64,000 nucleotides of DNA, taken from an uncultured delta proteobacterium. Lineage in GTDB: Bacteria > Desulfobacterota > Binatia > UBA9968. Below are positions 20,601 through 30,366 of this stretch, one piece after another. The first letter of the stretch is position 1, and every line of letters begins with the position of its first letter. A program made the position numbers and the translations under genes. The stretch is from positions 32,001 through 96,000 of the forward strand of contig CAVXEP010000025.1 in the NCBI GenBank assembly GCA_963760795.1, given 5' to 3'. The notes under the pieces were generated by a model that was not told the origin of the DNA, made no database searches, and worked only from the letters and a program-made list of their open reading frames with translations.

Positions 20601-21069
20601 GACGCACGCTTTCCAGCCGTCCAGCTTCGTCCCAGACTAGATCAAGCCCCTGGCCGCTCACGTTCTCCAGGCTGACGAGGCGCAGCGGAACGCCTTGCTG
20701 ACCAGGCACGAAGATGTAACGCCACACCTCGCCGCTCTCAACATTCCATGTTTGGACGACATAGCGCCCTTCGTACATGAAGATTTCGAAGAAGGCACTC
20801 AGATGCCTGATAAGGCCGCCTCCTTCCACGCTCGCGGTGGGATCGGCCACCAACTCCATGGCGCCAGTAGGAGTGACGAACTGAAACCCTTCGGGAAAGC
20901 GTGTCAGCGTAGTCGCGTAGCGATGCGTCCATCCTCTTCCCAGAGCCTCCGGCGGGTTCTGGATAGCTATTCCACTGTAGCGACGACTCCAGACCAGCGG
21001 CACCTTGCCTGGAATGGCCAAATCCTCGAACTCGGCAAAGACATTGCCGGAAGCAATATCAATGGGCAT
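17611..21069 (-). CDS. rhs: Rhs protein: DUF6531, YD repeats, Rhs core and PD-(D/E)XK nuclease C-terminal toxin
   Basis: MPIDIASGN...WSRRYS...LGRGW (DUF6531); YD repeats; FQGQWRDEESGLHYNKFRYY...NPINWLDPLGL; toxin domain with RADFV...FEVKNG. Confidence 0.95.
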   Translation of the reverse strand: MPIDIASGNVFAEFEDLAIPGKVPLVWSRRYSGIAIQNPPEALGRGWTHRYATTLTRFPEGFQFVTPTGAMELVADPTASVEGGGLIRHLSAFFEIFMYEGRYVVQTWNVESGEVWRYIFVPGQQGVPLRLVSLENVSGQGLDLVWDEAGRLESVRQRLEGRQLDLSYNRVGLIDGLTLLAAGGERYDVASYEYDGVGRLAASRDAAGFADRYEYDDKHRLAREVFKDGAVFLYRYDHKGRCVQRTGLDNYDKKRLKYLDAARITEVTNSYGATSRFQYLSSGQVVNEWSALGALHSTEYDAFGRISAKIDSTGATTRYQYDDQGNRALVVNALGQATRQTFTSQHLPHTLTDAADQLWQRHYDAANRLIASVDPIGNRWHFAYDDEGNVRELTNPLGARKTQIFDRGILRSITDWNGHRRDFVFDAFGRVVERRGAMADVTRIRYDPLGRPIQITHPDGSVISAAYDHAGNLTQYVDPSGHAIRWRYGPCSRLLERMDPASHSVRYVWGSESGRLDEVINHKGERYRFFYNDGGQVVRELAFDGAERQFQYNGEDRVTRFLNANGETVALERDPLQRIVAQILPDGEFVRFQFNALGQLEQATTADIAVRFERDASGRILRDMQGDHWVQSRYDAVGHLVQTVTSLGLLTDYTNDANGAVIGISTGGQSHHIERNAHGAEIARLLPGGVRLEQRYDSVGRLIDQQLSRLGSRGNELLHRRYDYDAAGNLSSLDDARWGRVDYIYDPAERLIQTMKSRGSSESFEYDSTGNITRSRSEGQHFLDEARFHEYGDRLVEQGDTRFEYDAEGRLVRKIERSRSEHPRVWTFGWNALDRLKWVTDPDDRTWHYRYDALARRVAKELVNGLVKQKRIYLWDKERLIHEADATGKSRSAWVYGDASFAPLLTVQYGRSFSVVHDQLGTPRELINDYGRVALSRSYTAWGKVDAEFVAPGSQVECPIGFQGQWRDEESGLHYNKFRYYSPDSGRYISQDPRGLLGGGNFYAYGTNPINWLDPLGLCASHDSGQRGRDAAEADLIANNHTIMAEEVTMVVNGQRVRADFVTTGPDGVTIHVFEVKNGTGRLTDNQAASGVFDMSKPANASTSSGGTIDTSTGTTGSLTVATGNPDKTTNAGLPAKGGTQPATFSVLKYDV

Positions 21070-21076
21070 GGGTCAA

Positions 21077-21880
21077 TTACTTTGGTTCGCAACCGCAACT
21101 TTCCTCGCCTTGGCGACTCCCGCGCTGTCCCAGCCGGTCCACGCCCGCGGACACCCCCGCGCTCACCGCCCCCTGCGCTGCATTCACCGCAAGCGCCCGC
21201 ACCATGTCCGCGATACTCACACCCACCATCACGTTGCTGAAACCAATCGTCGCCGCATTGGGCACAATGATAAGGTCGGTGCAGGATGTCGCCATCAGAG
21301 GCGCAACAAACGCAAGCGGGCCACCATTAACGGTCACGTTGGGACTGCCGATCGCGGCGGAACCTTGACTGCCCGGATACGGTATCGGAGGCATGAGTAA
21401 TTTAATCCATGTCGACCATTGTGTGTACGCGCCGAAGCTACTCTTCACCGTGTCCCATACGCCACTCCAACTTGACGTATCCACCCCCGTCACGTCCTTA
21501 ACAAATTTTCCAGCTGCAGAGTCTGGTTTCACAAATATCGCCGAGATTCGGGAGATCGCCAGATTTGCCAATAGCGTCAGAGCAACTAGCATGAGCTGTT
21601 TCGGTATGTTCAGCAAATAGCGCCGCCAGTACATCATATTGAGCATCGACGGAGGTGCGGGCGCTCCCTGTGGAATATGGACGGAGTAACCCATGCAACC
21701 TGCCGCGCCTGCCGGCATGCCGTTTATGAGCGTATCGATCTTGGCGAACGCAGGCGTCATCCATAAAAAGATGCAGCCAAAGTACGGATGGGGCAGCATC
21801 GGCACGGGCACCACTATAATCACCATGTGAAAATCGATGCCGATCACCATATCCGTCATTTTCACAGCGGGCCAAAGCAT
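21077..21880 (-). CDS. PAAR-like protein with inserted hydrophobic helices
   Basis: GIDFH...PHP, LINGMPA, GSPNVTVNGGPLA, SCTD, GFSNVMVG; hydrophobic LMLVALTLLANLAI segment. Confidence 0.8.
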   Translation of the reverse strand: MLWPAVKMTDMVIGIDFHMVIIVVPVPMLPHPYFGCIFLWMTPAFAKIDTLINGMPAGAAGCMGYSVHIPQGAPAPPSMLNMMYWRRYLLNIPKQLMLVALTLLANLAISRISAIFVKPDSAAGKFVKDVTGVDTSSWSGVWDTVKSSFGAYTQWSTWIKLLMPPIPYPGSQGSAAIGSPNVTVNGGPLAFVAPLMATSCTDLIIVPNAATIGFSNVMVGVSIADMVRALAVNAAQGAVSAGVSAGVDRLGQRGSRQGEESCGCEPK

Positions 21881-21893
21881 ATTATTCCTCTTC

Positions 21894-22271
21894 CTATTTC
21901 GCGATCTCTACTACTTCGAGTCTTCCCGTAATTCTGGTGCGGCGAATCTTTACTTGCACGGTGTCGTTAGCCGATAGTGATTCGAATTGTTGCTTCGATA
22001 CCAGCGCCGCCGTGGGTTCACCAACGACGGTGAGCATAACCACATAGGTTTCGGGCCTCTCTTGCGATTGAACCCAGCTTCTACCGCCGGCTATTGTCGT
22101 GTGATAACTTGTTCCGCTCTCGTTAAATTGCTTTCCCGTCACCCTTCCAACCGCGCTCCGCACCTCAAGTCCTGTTCGGTCTATGGCGCCATAGATGAAA
22201 TATAAGAGCACAGCGCCGATGGCGACCAAGGAGAATAAATAGATAAATGGGTTTGCACTGAACGGTGTCAT
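21894..22271 (-). CDS. Small membrane-anchored beta-rich (OB-fold/DUF2500-like) protein
   Basis: N-terminal TM helix; GRVTGK...VSKQQFESL...DTVQV pattern. Confidence 0.7.
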   Translation of the reverse strand: MTPFSANPFIYLFSLVAIGAVLLYFIYGAIDRTGLEVRSAVGRVTGKQFNESGTSYHTTIAGGRSWVQSQERPETYVVMLTVVGEPTAALVSKQQFESLSANDTVQVKIRRTRITGRLEVVEIAK

Positions 22272-22290
22272 CGCCGACTTAAGCTTTTCC

Positions 22291-23415
22291 TCAAGTCACA
22301 GAAACTTCCATCTTGCGCATCTGAGGCAGCCAATCTGGTCCGGGATAAGGGATCGCACCGCGCCAGACGAGATCGATCTGACGGTCTTCCATCCGTATCA
22401 TTACCGTGTGCATCACCACTTCCGGTTCTTGTGCTCCGGAGCCGATGTCTAACCCTACGCGGGGCATGTCGTAAGGTAATCTAAACGACAAGGCTCCTTC
22501 TGGACTTAGATTTTCCGTGGCAACCTGTTCTCCCCCCTTGAGATATGGGAAAATAAGCCCAGCTGAGGCGCCGTTGAAGAAGCGAAAGTCCATATCCGGA
22601 AGACCATGCTTCAGGTAGGCCTCGCGCTGGCCGGCTGGGACCAGCTTTGCGTACGCCTGCCGCAGTTCTTGTTCTGTCGCGCGATCCGCGGGCAAGATTC
22701 CCGCGAGTTGCGCGCGCGGCAGCCAGGTCTTTGGGAACCAGCCGAGCCCCGCGGGAAAAGGCTGCTGTTCCCATCTTTTGTAGTCTCCAAGGCAAAGTTG
22801 CTCAGGGGTAAGCCGTGCGGTTGGGTTCTCCAAATTTGGCAGGGCAAGATTATTCAGACACCTTTCGGAGTTAGTCATAACAAAGCCGCGTCCCATTGGG
22901 TTCCGGGGATACGGATAGGACGCCACTTTGTCCGAGTAGACATCGATGCCGCCATAGGCAAGTTCGTAGCGTAGCTCCATGCTCAGGAAAGGCGAGGGCT
23001 CGGTAAATCTAGGCGGGCCGTTTTTGACAAAGCGTGCGACCCGGTCACCGATCACCAACACCTGCTTGCGCCGATTCTCCACTTGCAATGCGACCATGCA
23101 CAAATTCGTCGGTGTGCCTCGCGGCGCATACGCCTTGCCATTCAACACCACGTCCGTCGCAAGTTTAAACGGGATAAAGTCGCTCTCGTATCGAACTGAG
23201 GAATTCATTGGATCGTCCCACGGCACGTCCCCAGGGTTTAACGCTTTGTCCGCTGCGGTGCGGCTGCACACTCCGTTGGGCACGATGTCGTAAGTGCGCT
23301 TGAGCAGAACGCTCAGAACATATTTTCCTTCCGGCGTTTGGCCCGGCAGTACAACCGTGACACCACGCGCTTCGGTCGCATCGGTCACGGTCTCAGCGGC
23401 AGCGGACATACTCAT
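22291..23415 (-). CDS. DUF2169 T6SS accessory/adaptor protein
   Basis: VLLKRTY, ESDFIPFKLATDVVLNGKAYAP, YELAYGG, NPMGRG, LPNLE, WLPRAQLAG, FFNGA, LVWR. Confidence 0.9.
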   Translation of the reverse strand: MSMSAAAETVTDATEARGVTVVLPGQTPEGKYVLSVLLKRTYDIVPNGVCSRTAADKALNPGDVPWDDPMNSSVRYESDFIPFKLATDVVLNGKAYAPRGTPTNLCMVALQVENRRKQVLVIGDRVARFVKNGPPRFTEPSPFLSMELRYELAYGGIDVYSDKVASYPYPRNPMGRGFVMTNSERCLNNLALPNLENPTARLTPEQLCLGDYKRWEQQPFPAGLGWFPKTWLPRAQLAGILPADRATEQELRQAYAKLVPAGQREAYLKHGLPDMDFRFFNGASAGLIFPYLKGGEQVATENLSPEGALSFRLPYDMPRVGLDIGSGAQEPEVVMHTVMIRMEDRQIDLVWRGAIPYPGPDWLPQMRKMEVSVT

Positions 23416-23417
23416 CT

Positions 23418-24513
23418 TCAGCTTATTTCAGCGTTTAGCCTTTTCATTTGCGGCAACCATGAGTAGCCTTCATAGACGCAACCGCCGCGCCAGATCATGT
23501 CCATTTCTAAGTCGTCCGGCCGTATACTGATAGTGTCCAGCTTGGCTGAGAGCTGCTGGACACCCAAGCCAATGTCCAGCGTAATGTTCGGAGTCTCGCC
23601 GGGCAGAAGAAAATCCAAAAGTACTTCGGGCGATAATCCGCGAAGAGTCACCTTCTCATCGCCCTTGATGTCACCAAACAACATCCCGTACGACGCGCCA
23701 TTATTTAGGAGCGGATGATAGCTCGGCAACTTGAACTGTTTCGCAAGCGCAATATGGTTCTTGGGCACCAAGCCCAAGCGCTCTTCTGTAGTTACCGTAT
23801 CCACATCGACAAACGCTGGATAAGAGCCTGCATACGCAGCAACGCGGATACCAGGTGCGCTGGAACCAGCCAAATCCTTGCGGCAAAGGCTGCTCTGGCC
23901 ACCTTGCAGGTTCGCCAAGGACGATCCGTTCCGGGGTCAAGAGATCATTGGGATCTTCAAGGTTTGGTAACGCCAGACCTTGGACCGTCTCTTTGACATT
24001 GCGCAACGCGACACCTTTTCCCATGTAGTTGCGTGGATAGAAGAACGGAATGTTCGGATCACTCGTCTCATCGCGGCCGCCGTAAGCGCGATCGTAGCGA
24101 ATCTCCATTTCGGTGAACGGCTTCGGTTCGGAAAATTTGGGTGCTATGTTCGCTCGATATTGGCAGTCGCGGTCGCCGAACACGGTGATTGATTTTTCGC
24201 GCTCCGCAACACGGACAGTGACAGTCATTTTAGTTGTCGGTACACCACCTGGTGCATACGCCTTCCCGATGATGACGATATCCACCAGAGGTTTGAAAGG
24301 GGCCAGCTCATATTCGTACTGGACTGTGGACCACTCAGGATCACCATCGTCGTAGTAAGCATCAGTTTTTCGCAGCTCGTGATCATTCGCACATCGTTCT
24401 ACAACGCTTCCAGGCTTGATCGTATAAGTACGCTTTACGATCACTGAGAATATGTGCTCCCCTCGATCATTCTTGCCCGGCACAATCTCAAAAGCCCCGT
24501 TTGCACTAGCCAT
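23418..24513 (-). CDS. Second DUF2169 protein (frameshift near 23840)
   Basis: Same motifs (VKRTY, PFKPLVD, YDRAYGG, LPNLED, WYPR | AGSY...NNGA...MIWR) split over two frames. Confidence 0.85.
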
Positions 24514-24539
24514 AAACTTTGCTCGTCGCGCTGCTTCTC

Positions 24540-26562
24540 TCAGGGATTAAGCATGACCATGCCACCTTTGACCGTGTTCGTTGCAGAGCCCTCAGATATT
24601 ACGATCGCGCCTTTTGTCTGGTGCTCCGCGGTGGCCTCCGAGTGAACAATTTGGCCCTTGATCGTAACGGTATTGGATGCACGGAGGGTGATATTCACGC
24701 CCTCAATCGAGATATCCCCATTGCTTTCCATGCGTAATTTGCTGGCGCCCACCCACAGTTCGATGTGGGTCGCCGCCCAGGAATGAATATGCGCGGTTTG
24801 AGACGTAATATCGATCTCCTTTTTAACCGTATTCGTCTCTTTCCCTTCGGTAACAAGGATCGTCGTATCTTTTTTGATCGTCTCGTGATGAGTCCCATCG
24901 ACCATGATGGTCCGGTTGTTATGAATCGTTTGCGAGTCATCATGCTCAATAGTTGTAGCCATGTCGTACTGACCGTGAATCGTGATCTTTTCCTTGCCGA
25001 CCGTATCGTCCATCGACATCTCGTTGTAGCCCTTGCCCTTGTGGGTGTTGGTCTTTCGCCCGCTGACGACCTTTGCCGCCGGAAGGGCACTCGCCGGCAT
25101 TTGTTCTGCGTTGTAGACACTGCCGATAACAATCGGTTGGTCGGGATCGCCCTCGAGAAAATCGACGATGACTTCCTGGTCGATCCGGGGAATGTTGATC
25201 ATGCCCCATTGCTTCCCCGCGGAAAGAGTCGAAACACGAATCCAACAGGAACTGTTTTCATCTTTCTTGCCTTCGCGGTCCCAGTGGAACTGCACTTTTA
25301 TCCGGCTGTATTTGTCGGTGAAAATCTCTTCTCCGGCAGGACCGACCACAACGGCAGTCTGGGTGCCCTGGACAAAGGGTTTGGGAGTTAGCCGTTCGGG
25401 CCGGTAGGGCACGGCAAAGGGGATGCAGGTAAAACGATTGTCATAGCTGAAATTCGTCGATTCGGTGTCGATAGCCACTCCCCTGCGTCGCCGTGTGGGT
25501 CACGCTGGTGAGCAGATACTGGCCGTCGGCGTTGAAGTGTCGTTCCAGCGAAAATTTGTGACCGGTCACGAAGCTGGCGACAATTGCTCATGCCCTGAAT
25601 AACGATGCCCGGGACGGTTTCCTGCTGCATGCGAATGTCTGTGGTGCGCCGGTTGTCCTCGAAAATCTTTTGTAAGTCGGCGGCGCGATCGCCTCCACCC
25701 CGGTCGACACCATCAAACCGCTGGGCGTATTCTCCGGGAAAGTCATAGATTTCGAGCTTGTCGTTGCCATTGACTTTGAGCTTGTGGTTCACCTGGCCGA
25801 CTTGTACGCTATCGACAATCTGCGCTTCTGCCTCGAGATGCTTGTGCGGCAACTCAAAACAATGATCCCAAAGCGTATATTTTCCCGAGCGCCACTCTTG
25901 GGTCTTTTCCCACTCGTAAATGCGGTCTTCATCCCGTAGCCCACCACCCACTTCTTCATAGATAATTTTATTGCTGTGCGGCATATCGGAGTGGCTCATG
26001 GTCGTGTTGGCAACCACCATCTTGTGACCGTCGCGCCGTGTGCTTGAAGAAATAGTAGATGCCCTCTTCCTCCATCAATCGACTGGCAAAGTTGAAGTCG
26101 GTTTCGCGGTATTGCACGCAGAAATCCCGCGGATGGAAAGTTCCGTGGATCTCGATACGTGACGTCGAGGCCTTCAAGCACCTTTTTTAGAATATCGGGC
26201 ACCGACTTCTGTTGAAAAATCCGGCTCTGGGCCTTCTTCGTCAGCTTCCAAAGTTCGGGCACGATTTCGAGCCGGTAGTGGATAAAGACGTCGTCCCGTC
26301 CGCCTTGACTGAAACGGTTACAGATACCGCTGAAGAAACGCTGCTGTTGTCCCAGGTAAGTCCAGCCGGATGCCGAATCTTTTGGCCGAGCAGCTTATCG
26401 AACGCGACGTCCCGTTCTTTGTCTTTCTCAGCGACAAGATCGAGTTCGAAACTGTACAAACGGCGAAACCGCCTCGTGGCCGGTGAATCCCACCAACAAG
26501 AGAACGTCTTTCCCCAAAGGTGTGGTCACCCCCATGAGTCGGTTATCTTGGGTATAGGTCAT
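24540..26562 (-). CDS. vgrG: VgrG (TssI) spike protein with multiple frameshifts between 25.5 and 26.5 kb
   Basis: Start MTYTQDNRLMGVTTPLGKD; RIFQQKSVPDI; CVQYRETDFNFASRLMEEEGIYYFF; GTQTAVVVGPAGEEIFTDKYSRIKVQFHWDR; PRIDQEVIVDFLEGDPDQP; ends GGMVMLNP. Confidence 0.95.
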
Positions 26563-26593
26563 TAGCTCAACTCCCTACTCGTAACCAACGTTC

Positions 26594-29264
26594 CTATGAG
26601 ATCTCGTAGCGGAACGCGCCGTTATCCCCGACGCTGACCTGAACCCTCGCGAAATTCCCTCGCCACGCGCCATCCGGCTCAAGAACTCGCGCGAAATCTC
26701 CGGTAACAGCGTACGCGTGAGAATATGGTCGACGTTGCGCGCTCCGCTTTCGACCTCGGTGCAGCGGTGCGCGACTTCTTCCACCAATGCCGGCGTCGAA
26801 GGAAAACAGCGCCCGATGATTTTCCATCAGCCGGGCCGCGAATGCGTCCGAGCTGCAGCTCGATGATCTTGCGCATGATATCGTCGGCGATCGGATAGTA
26901 GGGCACGATGATCGCGCGCCCGAGAAACGCCGGCTTAAAGACTTTCAGTAAATCGGGACGCAAAGCTTCCGCCATCGCGTCTGGCTCCGGCCGCGTATCA
27001 GGGTCGGCGGAGAGTTTCATGACCGTATCCGTGCCGACATTGGAGGTCATGATGATGAGCGTATTCTTGAAGTCGATTTCACGACCCTCAGCGTCCTCGA
27101 GCATGCCCTTGTCAAAGACCTGGTAGAAAAGCTCCATGACATCGGTATGCGCTTTCTCGATCTCATCGAGAAGCACGACGGAGTAGGGCTTGCGCCGTAC
27201 CGCCTCGGTGAGCACACCCCCCTCGCCATAGCCGACGTACCCTGGCGGCGAGCCTTTGAGCCCTGAGACTGTGTGGCCTTCTTGATATTCGGACATGTTG
27301 ATAACGACCAAATTTCGTTCGCCGCCGAAGAGCGTATCCGCGAGAGCTAGCGCAGTTTCGGTCTTGCCAACGCCGCTCGGGCCGACGAGCATGAAGACAC
27401 CGATGGGACGCCGGGGATCTTCCAACTTCGCCCGCGAGGTACGGATCCGTTGACTGATCGCTTCGAGGGCATGGGCTTGGCCGATGACCCGTTCTTCTAG
27501 CCGGTCTCTGAGCGCCAACACGGTCTGGATTTCATTTTTAACAACTTTCCCGACTGGGATCCCGGTCCAACCAGAAACCACTTCGGCCACAGTCTGGGCA
27601 TCCACACATACCTGCATGAGCGGAGTATCGCCCTGAATTTTGCTCAGCTCGTCGTTGAGGCGAGCAATTTCACCCTGCAGGCGCTTTACTTCGTCAGACG
27701 AAAGCCGACCTTCGGCTTTGGCGTCACCTGATTTAACCGTGGCCGCGTGGGCTTCAAGCTTCTCACGAATGACGCGTAACTGGGCGACGCGTTTCTTCTC
27801 TTCCTCCCAACGCTCCTCTAACGTGGCGAGCCGCGATTGCGCCTCACTTTTCGTTTTCGCTAGCCCTTCTAAACGCTCGGTAAAGATAGCCCCTATCAGA
27901 CTCTCGCGCTCCAGAATGGCGGATTCCGTTTCGATCCGTCTAATTTGCCGCTGGCAGTCCTCGATAGCCGGTGGGGTGGTCATCTGGCCCAATGCTACTC
28001 TCGCGCAGGCGGTATCGAGGACACTCACGGCTTTGTCCGGAAGTTGTCTGCCAGTGATGTACCGATGAGAAAAACGGACGGCAGCGTCCATAGCTTCATC
28101 CAAGACGCGCACGTTATGATGCGCTTCTAAAGTGCTTACTAAACCGCGCAACATTGCCACCGCCTGCTCTTCCGAGGGTTCGTCGACTTTCACAACCTGG
28201 AAGCGCCGAGTCAAAGCGGCGTCCTTTTCGAAATATTTTTTATACTCCGACCAGGTCGTGGCGGCGATAGTGCGCAGTTCACCACGCGCCAACGCTGGCT
28301 TCAAAATATTTGCCGCATCCCCTTGCCCCGCCTGGCCACCGGCGCCGATCATAGTGTGAGCCTCGTCAATAAAGAGAATAATCGGTTGCGGCGAAGCTTT
28401 GACTTCCTCGATAACCGATTTGAGGCGATTTTCGAATTCTCCTTTTACTCCGGCGCCCGCTTGCAGCAAAGTCAGGTCCAGGGTTTTCAGCGCGACGTTT
28501 ATTAACGTCTGCGGGACGTCTTTCTCCGCAATCCGTAAGGCCAGGCCTTCGACGACGGCTGTTTTACCAACGCCGGCCTCACCCGTAAGGATCGGATTAT
28601 TTTGACGGCGGCGGGTTAAGATATCGACCATTTGGCGGATTTCAAAATCCCGTCCTAGAACGGGATCGATCTGACCTTTGCGTGCTCGGTCCGTCAGGTC
28701 GATGGTAAATTGATCCAGGCCAGGGGTCTTTGTCGGCCCTCGGACACCAGCTTCTTTCGATTCAGCCGCCAGCGGGGATTCGTATTTATCTTCCACTGTT
28801 CCCGCGACCAAATCAGGCAAATTCTTGTGCAACTCCTCCACGGAGATCTTCTGGAACTCAGCCGACGCTTCCCGGGCAAGGCGGCTTAAGCTTTCCTCCG
28901 AGAGTAACGCCAATAAAAGATGCCCGGATCGAACCTTATTGGCGCCGTAATCAACCGAGGCCAAATTCCAAGCTTCCGTAATGATGCGCGGGATGTGCGG
29001 CGATAGCGCCGGGGTGCGCGCGTTACCAGTTTTCAAGCGATCTAAAGCCCGAGTCAAATCACGCGTAAGCCTCGTTTGGTCAACTCCGTATTGGTGCAGG
29101 ATACGCTGGATGTCCGTATCCTGCGATTCGGCAAGTTTCAGAAGAAAATGCTCGATATCGACGTCGTAATGGGTGCGCGCAAGGCAGAGACCAGCCGCCG
29201 CCTCCAATGCATTACGACCCGTGTCGTTGAGTTTGCCGATCAGGGATTTCAGGTTGAGGTTCAT
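26594..29264 (-). CDS. tssH: ClpV (TssH) AAA+ ATPase (frameshifts near the 3' end)
   Basis: Walker A motifs GEAGVGKT and GPSGVGKT; RRRQNNPIL; ESGARNVDHIL. Confidence 0.95.
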
Positions 29265-30366
29265 AGCCGATGCCCCCTTGCATCCTTGCTTGACTGTCCT
29301 TGTAGTGCGCGGCCTGTATCCTTGTCAAATGGCTTCCAAGAATCGCCTGGTCGGCGTCACGAGAAAAATCGCGCGTCTTGAGCCAACTGGACCAGCCCAA
29401 TCTAAATGCGTTTGCACCAGGCTTGCGAAGTTCGCACTTAGGAACCTCTGATGCTTTGAGGATAAGCTGGCAACTAAAGTCGTGAACCGCTCCTGACATG
29501 AGTCGGGTGAGCTGGACCACGGACTTGAACGCCCATCCTGAGGGAAGAAAATCGCAAAATCTCTCGAATTTGAGTGGTCCGATTTTGATTCTAAACCCCG
29601 CCTGCTGATCCCAAGACCTCGAACCTAGAAAAGCACCCATGCCGATTTGATTGTTGCCATCGTCCCCACCAAGACGCGTCCGGTATTCGTCGCTAACACG
29701 CAACCACGCGCCAACGAATTGTTCGATCTTAACCGGGACGTCAAAATAGTCCCGCAGGACTGCTTCCAACGCGGATGCTGAGCACGGCTGCTGTACCAGT
29801 AGTCCGCCATAATGTAACAAAACCTCATCGCCGGTCGCCATTCTGCCTTGAAGCCCTCGCGTCCCCATGCCGACGAAATGGAAAAGGCAATCGGAAAACG
29901 CATCGTAACCGCTTCCGGAAGTTCTCGATCTCTCGTACGCAATGGGAAACCGGTACTTTTCCCACGCCCGATAAAAGAGAGAAATCATGCGATGATTGAA
30001 GATATCGAGGAAGTCGAGCAGCGTTGTGTCTTTGTAACGCACCCGTTCGAGAAGTAGCTCGGTGTAATGTCTGGGCAAGACTCCCGTGAGCCCTGTCAGG
30101 CCCATAAAAGCTACGGTCATCTGCGCCGGAGAGTTTTCATCGGCCGGCCGCGCGACATCCTGCACAGCGCTGGGTGGAAAAGTTAAAGATAGGAGTGAAC
30201 GAAAGCGAACTGCTTCATTGGATGGTGAAGTCTCACCGCCGACCGCACGCCGATTCGGGAAAAGGCGTTCGATCACACGAACCGCTTGAAAGAAATCAAA
30301 TCGAAAACCCTCTTCGTAAAGAATGTGGTCTAGAGGAGGATCTGTTCTCCGGCTCTCGGTGGCCAT
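29212..30366 (-). CDS. tssG: T6SS baseplate TssG
   Basis: FDFFQAVR, FMGLTG...LPRHYTE, FLDIFNHR...FYRAWEKY, LGWSSWL. Confidence 0.95.
   Translation of the reverse strand: MATESRRTDPPLDHILYEEGFRFDFFQAVRVIERLFPNRRAVGGETSPSNEAVRFRSLLSLTFPPSAVQDVARPADENSPAQMTVAFMGLTGLTGVLPRHYTELLLERVRYKDTTLLDFLDIFNHRMISLFYRAWEKYRFPIAYERSRTSGSGYDAFSDCLFHFVGMGTRGLQGRMATGDEVLLHYGGLLVQQPCSASALEAVLRDYFDVPVKIEQFVGAWLRVSDEYRTRLGGDDGNNQIGMGAFLGSRSWDQQAGFRIKIGPLKFERFCDFLPSGWAFKSVVQLTRLMSGAVHDFSCQLILKASEVPKCELRKPGANAFRLGWSSWLKTRDFSRDADQAILGSHLTRIQAAHYKDSQARMQGGIGYEPQPEIPDRQTQRHGS

Noticed and set aside
25388-26565. Several small ORFs as separate genes or a programmed frameshift
   Set aside because: They are consecutive VgrG fragments; there are too many shifts and no consistent slippery sites.
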